A stretch of 64,000 bases of DNA from Bryobacteraceae bacterium (GTDB lineage: Bacteria; Acidobacteriota; Terriglobia; Bryobacterales; Bryobacteraceae), in contig JBAVYH010000216.1 in NCBI GenBank assembly GCA_049698695.1, positions 6,992 through 70,991 of the forward strand, given 5' to 3'. Each line of letters starts with the position of its first letter. The first letter of the stretch is position 1. A model generated the notes under the pieces. It was not told the origin of the DNA and made no database searches. It was given only the letters and a program-made list of their open reading frames with translations. Below are positions 46,724-53,810 of this stretch, piece after piece. The position numbers were made by a program, and so were the translations under genes.

Positions 46724-48226
46724 ATGCCACCAGAACGGCGGGCGGCGAGCCGGGGCGGGGAAGAAGCCCGTGCCGCCATCGAAACGTTTCTCGAAGGCGC
46801 GCGGCAGCCGGCGCTGCTGGAGCCGGGCGAAGAACTGCTGCCGCTCAGCGACGGCAACTTCGCCATCGAGCTGCGTGGCGCTCGTCTCACATTGCAGGCC
46901 TGGGACCGCACGCGCAACCTGACGCGGCGGGTCACCGGCGTCGGCGAGGCTTCGGCCGGGCGGCTGGAGATGGCGGTGGAGCGATTCGCGCGGCGCGAAG
47001 GGCGCATGTACCTGCTCGATCTGGCGCGCCGCTCGGGCGCCGAGATGGGCCGGCGCAGCGGACGGCTGGTCTTTCGCGAACGCTTCCGGCTGTTTCTGCG
47101 GCGCCAGTTTCCGGAGTGGACGCTGGCCGAGCTGTCGACCGAGCCGAACCTGGAGCACAGCCTCTCGCCGGCGTTCCCGCGCGCGTTTCTGCGCCACGGG
47201 CAGCACGCCTGGGCGGCCATCGCCTGCCCGCCGGAAGGCGACGCGGCCGGCGTGGTGTCGTTCGGCTTGATCTGGCTTGCGTATTTGCGGCGGCGCGAAC
47301 GCCGGGTAACGGTGGAGGGCCTGGCGCTGTACCTGCCCCAGGGCCACGAAGGCGCCGCCGCCCTGCGCCTGCTTTGCCTCGATCCCACCGCTGCTCGGTT
47401 CGAGCTGTTTCGTTACTCGGGCGAGGATTTCGTGGCGCCGGTGGACCCGCGCGACCACGGCAATCTGGATACACGCCTGGAACCGTTTCGCCGCCCGGCG
47501 CCCGGCGCGGCTGCCCGCTGGCAGGGAATCGCCGCGCTTCCCGGCGTCGAGCAAGTCGTCAAGAGCGGAGGCCGCGTCGGCCTCCGGGTGCGCGGCCTGG
47601 AGTTTGCCGAGTTGGACGGCGAGGACCTCTCGTTCGGGCTGGGCCAGCGTCATCCGGCCGGCGAGCATGACGTCGCAGCCATCGAACGCGTGGCTGAGGA
47701 GCTGGAGCGCGTGCGATCGCCCCAGTCGGCGGACCGCGACCACCCGCTCTACCGTCAGTACCCGGAAGCGTGGCTGGAATCGCAAGCCCGCGCGCATATA
47801 CAGATCCTGGATGCCACGCTGCGGCCCGAGCCGGTCTATGGACAGGTGCCCGCGTTCGCCGGCGGGGAGCGCGGCATCCTGGACCTGCTGGCGGTGAATC
47901 ATGCCGGCCGGCTGGCGGTGGTGGAGCTGAAAGCGTCGGCCGATCTGCACCTGCCCCTGCAGGCGCTCGATTACTGGATCCGGGTGAAGTGGCACCTGGA
48001 CCGGCGGGAATTTGGGCCAGCCGGTTACTTTCCCGGCGTCGAGCTGGACCCCAGCCCGCCGCGGCTGCTGCTGGTGGCGCCATCGCTCGAATTCCATCCC
48101 GCCACCGAAACCATCCTCGAATTCTTCTCGCCCGCAATCGATGTGGAGCGAGTCGGGATCGGAGTAGAATGGCGGAAGGGCTTGCAGGTGATGTTCCGCC
48201 TCGCCGGCTCCGAACGCCCCCGCTGA
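46724..48226 (+). CDS. Hypothetical protein with C-terminal PD-(D/E)xK (NucS-like) nuclease-fold motif
   Basis: GILDLLAVNHAGRLAVVELKASADLHLPLQALDYW (~47873-47980) matches the D...(D/E)xK core with the NucS-type context. The N-terminal ~380 aa are unrecognised. Confidence 0.6.
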   Translation: MPPERRAASRGGEEARAAIETFLEGARQPALLEPGEELLPLSDGNFAIELRGARLTLQAWDRTRNLTRRVTGVGEASAGRLEMAVERFARREGRMYLLDLARRSGAEMGRRSGRLVFRERFRLFLRRQFPEWTLAELSTEPNLEHSLSPAFPRAFLRHGQHAWAAIACPPEGDAAGVVSFGLIWLAYLRRRERRVTVEGLALYLPQGHEGAAALRLLCLDPTAARFELFRYSGEDFVAPVDPRDHGNLDTRLEPFRRPAPGAAARWQGIAALPGVEQVVKSGGRVGLRVRGLEFAELDGEDLSFGLGQRHPAGEHDVAAIERVAEELERVRSPQSADRDHPLYRQYPEAWLESQARAHIQILDATLRPEPVYGQVPAFAGGERGILDLLAVNHAGRLAVVELKASADLHLPLQALDYWIRVKWHLDRREFGPAGYFPGVELDPSPPRLLLVAPSLEFHPATETILEFFSPAIDVERVGIGVEWRKGLQVMFRLAGSERPR

Positions 48227-48231
48227 TTCTT

Positions 48232-49137
48232 ATGTTGACCTTACTAAAACAGGCGCGGAGCGCGCTGGCCCTGCTCAATCCGGAAGAAGTCCGCAGGCGC
48301 GCCGGCCGGCCGGTGACGGTCGGGCTGGTGGCGTCGAGCGACCCCGCATACGCAGGCCTCGAAGATCTTCTGGCCAGCGGCGGCGGGCTGCGCGAATTCG
48401 TTTTCCGGGCCGGCCGCCCGAACGCTCCGGAACGCGTCGATCTGGTGATTTGCGAAGCCGGCGTGGACGCGCCGGCGGGTGCTTACGCCCTCGATCCAGC
48501 CAAGCCCGGCGACACCCTGGCCGAGATCGCCCGGCAACGGCAAGACGTGGCACTGGCGCTGGCACGGCGCCATCCCGTATTTCGCCGCGCGGTAGTGGAC
48601 CACACCATTCAGACCGTGGCAGGCGAAAACGCCCTCTTCGCCGTCGCCACCGCGCTGCCGGACGTGGTACCCAACCTGATCGAAATTCCCTGGGCGTTGG
48701 GCGAATGGGCCTCCGACACCACCTTCCTCACCGCTAACCAGTTCCGCATGGCGTTCCTGATCGCCGCCGCGTGCGGCAAACCGGTGGGCTTCGGCGAGCA
48801 GAAGCTGGAGATTCTTTCGATTGGCGCCGGCGCGTTTGGCTGGCGGGCCCTGGCGCGCGAACTGGCGGGCAAGATTCCGTTTGGCGGCGGGTTGATTCCC
48901 AAAGGCGCCATTGCCTACGCCGGTACGTACCTGGTGGGCAAAGGGCTGGAGCGGCTGCACGCAGGCCAAGGCCGGCTGGGACGGCGGCAGCGGAAGGAAA
49001 TCTACCGGCAGGGCATCGAGCATGGCAGGGCCGTAGCAAGTTCGGCCTTGCGCTACGGCGGGCAGCAGCGGGCGGAAAGCGGAGATGCGGGACCGGCGAG
49101 CTTAAAGGCTCGTCCTGCCAGCGAAAAATCGGTGTAA
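48232..49137 (+). CDS. Hypothetical protein (DUF697-like C-terminal region)
   Basis: Starts 5 nt after the upstream stop. A hydrophobic/amphipathic block (FLTANQFRMAFLIAAACG...GAIAYAGTYLVGKG) resembles DUF697. Weak call. Confidence 0.5.
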   Translation: MLTLLKQARSALALLNPEEVRRRAGRPVTVGLVASSDPAYAGLEDLLASGGGLREFVFRAGRPNAPERVDLVICEAGVDAPAGAYALDPAKPGDTLAEIARQRQDVALALARRHPVFRRAVVDHTIQTVAGENALFAVATALPDVVPNLIEIPWALGEWASDTTFLTANQFRMAFLIAAACGKPVGFGEQKLEILSIGAGAFGWRALARELAGKIPFGGGLIPKGAIAYAGTYLVGKGLERLHAGQGRLGRRQRKEIYRQGIEHGRAVASSALRYGGQQRAESGDAGPASLKARPASEKSV

Positions 49138-49191
49138 ACACCAGGGCCGCGGCGAGCGTCGTACAATGAGAAGGAACTGCAAGGGATAGCT

Positions 49192-50199
49192 ATGCGTTGG
49201 TTATCGACTGTATTGGCACTCGCTCTGGCCACCGCGGCTTCGGCGGACGTAATTACACTGAAGAGCGGCCGCGTCATCAACGGCACCTATTTGGGCGGCA
49301 CGGCGCACCAGGTGAAGGTCGAGGTCGCCGGCGCGGTCGAAACTCTCGATGTGGCGGACATATACCGCATCGAGTTTTCCGGCGGGGCACCCGCCGCAGT
49401 GGATTCCGACCATCCCACGCTGCGCCGCGCGCCGGACTCCGGTGCGGATTCGGGCGCACCCACGCTGCGCCGCGCGCCAGACTCCGGTGCGGATTCGGGC
49501 GCACCCACGCTGCACCGCGCGCCGGACTCCGGTGCGGATTCGGGCACGCCGACACTGCACCGCGCGCCGGACGCCGCGGCCGATGCCGAATCGAGCCAGC
49601 CCGCGCCGCGCCGCAGCGATACCGGGCCCGCCGTCGCTATCCTGAAGCCGGGCGAGGAGCCCTCGGTTTCTTCCCGTCCCGCGCCCGCGCCGCCGCCGAT
49701 TGTCCTGCCGGAGGGCACTAACTTCGTGGTGCGGATGATCGACGCCGTGGATTCCGACAAAGTATCCGTGGGCCAGAATTACAACGCAGCGCTGGATGAG
49801 CCCGTGGCGATTGACGGCCAGACCGTCATCCCGCGGGGCGCGGACGTGGTGGTCAAGCTGGTGAACGCCAAGGACGCCGGCAAGTTCACCGGCCGCGCCG
49901 AACTTACCCTGGCGCTCTGGACAGTTCAGGTAAACGGCAAGGTGGTGGACGTGAATACGCAAACCGTCACGCGGACAAGCGATTCGCGGGGCCAGAGGAC
50001 CGGCGCCATGGCCGCAGGAGGCGCGATTGTGGGAGCGGTGATTGGCGGCATTGCCGGCGGCGGAAAGGGCGCCGCCATCGGCGCGGGCGCGGGCGGCGCG
50101 GCGGGAGCCGGCGCCGAGGCTGCCACCAAGGGCCCACGTGTCAAGATCCCGGCGGAAACACGCCTTACCTTCGTGCTCGATAACGCAGTGACCATATAG
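49192..50199 (+). CDS. Secreted repeat protein with C-terminal glycine-zipper segment
   Basis: Signal peptide MRWLSTVLALALATAASA. PTL(R/H)RAPDSGADSGA repeats. GAIVGAVIGGIAGGGKGAAIGAGAGGAAGAGA glycine zipper. Confidence 0.7.
   Translation: MRWLSTVLALALATAASADVITLKSGRVINGTYLGGTAHQVKVEVAGAVETLDVADIYRIEFSGGAPAAVDSDHPTLRRAPDSGADSGAPTLRRAPDSGADSGAPTLHRAPDSGADSGTPTLHRAPDAAADAESSQPAPRRSDTGPAVAILKPGEEPSVSSRPAPAPPPIVLPEGTNFVVRMIDAVDSDKVSVGQNYNAALDEPVAIDGQTVIPRGADVVVKLVNAKDAGKFTGRAELTLALWTVQVNGKVVDVNTQTVTRTSDSRGQRTGAMAAGGAIVGAVIGGIAGGGKGAAIGAGAGGAAGAGAEAATKGPRVKIPAETRLTFVLDNAVTI
49414..49575 (+). repeat. In-frame 45-bp tandem repeat, about 3.6 copies
   Basis: The unit CCCACGCTGCGCCGCGCGCCGGACTCCGGTGCGGATTCGGGCGCA occurs at 49414, 49459 and 49504, with a diverged partial copy from 49549. 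Confidence 0.9.
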
Positions 50200-50426
50200 C
50201 GCCGCGGGCAATCGACCGGGATTGTAGGTTCGATCGATTCTGGTCTTCGCCAGCCAGCAGCCAATGTTACAGATTCACCGCTTTGAGGGTATTATCGTTC
50301 ACCTGACTTTGCGGGTAATGTTTAACGGTAAGTCTCCCCGCATGATTGTTTATAGAAATTTATAGGAGAATGCATGATTAACGCTACGATGTAATCAGTA
50401 CTCTCATTACGTACAGAAACACCGCC

Positions 50427-50672
50427 ATGCGGACGCATTATTTCCCTCGGGGACTTCGGATTTCGCAGGACCTGATGTTACTGACGGCCAGACAACTTGC
50501 CAGGGACAATGCGGCTTTGTGCGAAGAAGTGAAGCAGCTCAAAGCGGCAGTCAATGTCTACCGCGAGCTTGCCATGATGAAGGGCCCGGTAGAGCGAGAG
50601 GGTTCGTCCTTGGTCAAGGTGAGGATCGTGAGAAGCAGACCCGACGATATCCGCCGAAGCAGCGTCGCATAG
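50427..50672 (+). CDS. Orphan 81-aa ORF in an AT-richer island
   Basis: ORF with coiled-coil-like centre (ALCEEVKQLKAAVNVYRELAMM). No RBS and no recognised domain. Confidence 0.3.
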   Translation: MRTHYFPRGLRISQDLMLLTARQLARDNAALCEEVKQLKAAVNVYRELAMMKGPVEREGSSLVKVRIVRSRPDDIRRSSVA

Positions 50673-50844
50673 TCCCCGACAATCGAGTCCCCGGCGCCGG
50701 TTGCCATCGTTCCCGCACACCGTCCTGACCGCTCTATCTGCGGTGCGTTTTCACATCAGGGTAAACGCTGCGCGCGGCGCAGGATTACGCGCTACTTTCT
50801 CCAGGGCACCGGGTTATCATCAGCATGCACTTCTCGAGGGGCTT

Positions 50845-52413
50845 ATGAAGCAGCTTCTTTCAATCGCCGCAATCACCGCTCTGGCGGCGCTCTACCCCGC
50901 TGCCGGCCAGACCACGCCCCCGACAATGAGCGACGGGGCCGCCGGCCGTTTCCTCGACCAGGCCACCTGGGGACCTACACCGGCCTCCATCGCGCAACTG
51001 CAACAGATGGGCATCGACGCCTGGCTGGCGGCGCAGTTTAAGTTGAACACCTCCGACCTGCCGGATCAGCCTATCCTGAATTCGGCCGGAAAGTCGAACC
51101 GGGATCTGACTCCGGTGCAGCGGGCGTTTTTTGCTAACGCGGTCAATGGGCAGGATCAACTGCGGCAACGCGTGGCGTTCGCCCTGTCGGAGATCTTCGT
51201 GGTCTCGGCGGTGCAGGTGAAACCCGCTTATGCGATGCCCCCTTACTGGCGGATCTTTCGCGATAACGCGTTCGGCAACTTCCGCAGCATCATCAAGGCG
51301 GTCACGCTAAGCCCGGCCATGGGGGCCTATCTCAATATGGCCAATAACAATAAGGGAGACCCCGCCAAGGGTACGTCGGCCAATGAGAACTACGCTCGCG
51401 AGCTGATGCAGTTATTCACGCTGGGCCTGACCCAGCTCCATCTCGACGGCAGCCCGGTGCTCGATGCCAGCGGCAACCCGGTTCCCACTTACGACCAGGC
51501 GGAAGTCACCAGCCAGGCCAAGATGCTGACCGGCTGGACGTTTGCCACCGCGCCCGGCGCCAGCCCCAAGAACAATAACCCGGCTTACTACTACGGCCAA
51601 ATGATCGCGGTGGAAGCCGAGCACGACACCAGCGCCAAAACCATTTTCGGCGGCATCCAGATTCCGGCCGGCCAGACAGCAGAACAGGACCTGGATTCGC
51701 TGCTGGACGCTTTGATGGCGCAACCCACCATGGCGCCGTTCGTCTGCCAGCAACTGATCCAGCACCTGGTCACCAGCAATCCAAGCCCGGCCTACATCGA
51801 GAGCGTGGCGACCGTGTTCGAGGACAACGGCGAAGGAGTCAGCGGCGACATGCGGGCGGTAATCAGGGCGATTCTCACCGACCCGGAAGCGCGCGCCGGC
51901 GACGATTCCACTGCCGCGCCCAACCCTGGCTTCGGGCACCTGCGCGAGCCGGTGCTGTTCATGGCCAACCTGCTGCGCGGCCTGAATGCCACGCTTGGCT
52001 CCGCCAGCACGATCTACAACGACGCCAACCTGATGGGGCAGGACCTCTTCTACGCACCCAGTGTGTTCAGCTATTTTTCGCCGCTCTACCGGATCTCGAG
52101 CGGGCAGCTCGCGCCCGAGTTCCAGCTTTATTCGACGCAATCCGCGGCGGAGCGGGCCGATATCGTCAACACCGCGCTCTACGGGCACCTGGACAAAAGC
52201 ACCACCGTCGATCTCACGCCGTTCGCCAGTTACGGCAATGACGTGAGCGGGCTGGTCGATTACGCCAGCTATGTTTTCCTGCACCACACCATGCCGCCGG
52301 GACTGCTGGAGCAAGCCTCGGCCGCGGCCGAAGCGGCGGCCACCCCTATGGCGAGAGCCCAGGCGGTTCTTTACCTGGTGCTGACCTCGAGCGACTACCA
52401 GGTGATTCAGTAA
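50845..52413 (+). CDS. DUF1800 family secreted protein
   Basis: Signal peptide MKQLLSIAAITALAALYPAAG. NENYARELMQLFTLG and TGW motifs typical of DUF1800. Paired with a DUF1501 gene. Confidence 0.75.
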   Translation: MKQLLSIAAITALAALYPAAGQTTPPTMSDGAAGRFLDQATWGPTPASIAQLQQMGIDAWLAAQFKLNTSDLPDQPILNSAGKSNRDLTPVQRAFFANAVNGQDQLRQRVAFALSEIFVVSAVQVKPAYAMPPYWRIFRDNAFGNFRSIIKAVTLSPAMGAYLNMANNNKGDPAKGTSANENYARELMQLFTLGLTQLHLDGSPVLDASGNPVPTYDQAEVTSQAKMLTGWTFATAPGASPKNNNPAYYYGQMIAVEAEHDTSAKTIFGGIQIPAGQTAEQDLDSLLDALMAQPTMAPFVCQQLIQHLVTSNPSPAYIESVATVFEDNGEGVSGDMRAVIRAILTDPEARAGDDSTAAPNPGFGHLREPVLFMANLLRGLNATLGSASTIYNDANLMGQDLFYAPSVFSYFSPLYRISSGQLAPEFQLYSTQSAAERADIVNTALYGHLDKSTTVDLTPFASYGNDVSGLVDYASYVFLHHTMPPGLLEQASAAAEAAATPMARAQAVLYLVLTSSDYQVIQ

Positions 52414-52426
52414 AGGAGCCAAGCAG

Positions 52427-53767
52427 ATGTTTTCGCGCCGTGGATTCATTCGCATCGGAGCCGCCTCGGTAGGCACGCTGGCGCTCCGCCCGTTCGGCCT
52501 GCTGCCGGCCATGGCAGCGAGCAGCTCCAACTACCGCGCCCTGGTCTGCGTGTTCCTGTTCGGCGGCAACGATTCCAACAACAGCGTGATTCCGCTCGAC
52601 GACGCGGACTACCAGGCATACCAGTCGGCGCGCGGCGCCCTGGGCCTGGCCACCAGCTCGCTGGTTCAGGTGAGCGATGCGACCGGCGCGCCCTACGGCT
52701 TCCACTCGCTGCTCACCGAGCTTGCGTCGCTGTTTAGCAGCAAGCAACTGGCTGTGGTGGCCAACGTCGGTCCGCTGGTGGCGCCGCTGACTCGCGCGCA
52801 GTACCAGGCGCAGCAGGGCTTGATTCCGTCCAACCTCTTCTCTCACGCCGATCAACAGTTGGAATGGCAGACGTCTGTCGCGCAGGGCAACAGCCCAACC
52901 GGTTGGAGCGGCCGGGCCGCCGATTACATCACGGCGCAGAAGATCAATTCCTCTTCGTTCCCGGTCTTCATGTCGATGGCGGGCAACGTGCTTCAGGGCG
53001 CGGGGGCGAACACGCAACTGGTGGCGGTGGCGCCGGGCCAATCCTTGCAGCTTGCCGGCTTCAACAGCTCCGCCGCTTCCCAAGCGCGCTGGAACGCGCT
53101 CAACAGCCTGATCTCGACCGATAGCGGCGTCGCGCTGGTGCAAGCGGCCAACAACACGCTGGCCAACAGCATCAGCGATGCCAAGGCGCTGACCGACGCG
53201 CTGAGCAAGTCCACCCCGCTCAAGACGCAGTTTCCCAAGACCACGCTGGCGGCGCAGCTTCAGCAGGTGGCCGAGATCATCCAGGTGCAGGCCGATCTGG
53301 GAATGAGCCGGCAGATCTTTTTCTGCTCGCTTGGCGGCTTCGACACTCACACCGCCGAACTGTCGACGCACGACCAGCTCTACCCGCAGGTAAGCCAGGC
53401 GCTGGCTGCATTCTACGATGCCACTGAGGAACTGGGCGTGGCGGACAGCGTCACCACCTTCACCGAATCCGATTTCAATCGTACCCTGCAGCCCACCTCC
53501 GGTTACGGCAGCGACCATGCCTGGGGCGGCCATCACTTCGTGCTCGGGGGCGCGGTCCAGGGAGGGAAGATCTTCGGCAAGTTTCCGTCGTTGCAATTGG
53601 GCGGGCCGGACGATACCGACGTGCGGGGGCGATGGATACCCACCACTGCGATCGATCAGTACGGCGCCACGCTCTGCTCCTGGTTCGGCATCCCCGGCTC
53701 CGGCCTGGCCGGCGTGTTTCCGAACCTCGCCAACTTCCCGACGGCCGATCTTGGCTTCCTGGGCTGA
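52427..53767 (+). CDS. DUF1501 family (sulfatase-like) protein with Tat signal
   Basis: Twin-arginine signal (FSRRGFIRIGAAS), FLFGGNDSNN, GGFDTH and SDHAWGG motifs. RBS AAAGGAG. Confidence 0.8.
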   Translation: MFSRRGFIRIGAASVGTLALRPFGLLPAMAASSSNYRALVCVFLFGGNDSNNSVIPLDDADYQAYQSARGALGLATSSLVQVSDATGAPYGFHSLLTELASLFSSKQLAVVANVGPLVAPLTRAQYQAQQGLIPSNLFSHADQQLEWQTSVAQGNSPTGWSGRAADYITAQKINSSSFPVFMSMAGNVLQGAGANTQLVAVAPGQSLQLAGFNSSAASQARWNALNSLISTDSGVALVQAANNTLANSISDAKALTDALSKSTPLKTQFPKTTLAAQLQQVAEIIQVQADLGMSRQIFFCSLGGFDTHTAELSTHDQLYPQVSQALAAFYDATEELGVADSVTTFTESDFNRTLQPTSGYGSDHAWGGHHFVLGGAVQGGKIFGKFPSLQLGGPDDTDVRGRWIPTTAIDQYGATLCSWFGIPGSGLAGVFPNLANFPTADLGFLG

Positions 53768-53777
53768 ATTCGAAGCT

Positions 53778-53810
53778 GTAGCACACGGGGGCGCGCTGGC
53801 CGTGCGCTAC
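53778..53810. terminator. Hairpin between convergent genes (possible bidirectional terminator)
   Basis: GTAGCACACGG / CCGTGCGCTAC form an 11-bp stem with one mismatch around an 11-nt loop. The right arm overlaps the GH5 stop codon. No U-tract. Confidence 0.3.

Noticed and set aside
49414-49575. Regularly spaced direct repeats considered as a CRISPR array
   Set aside because: The units are contiguous with no spacers, lie in-frame inside a secreted-protein gene and encode a peptide repeat. No cas genes are present in the window.
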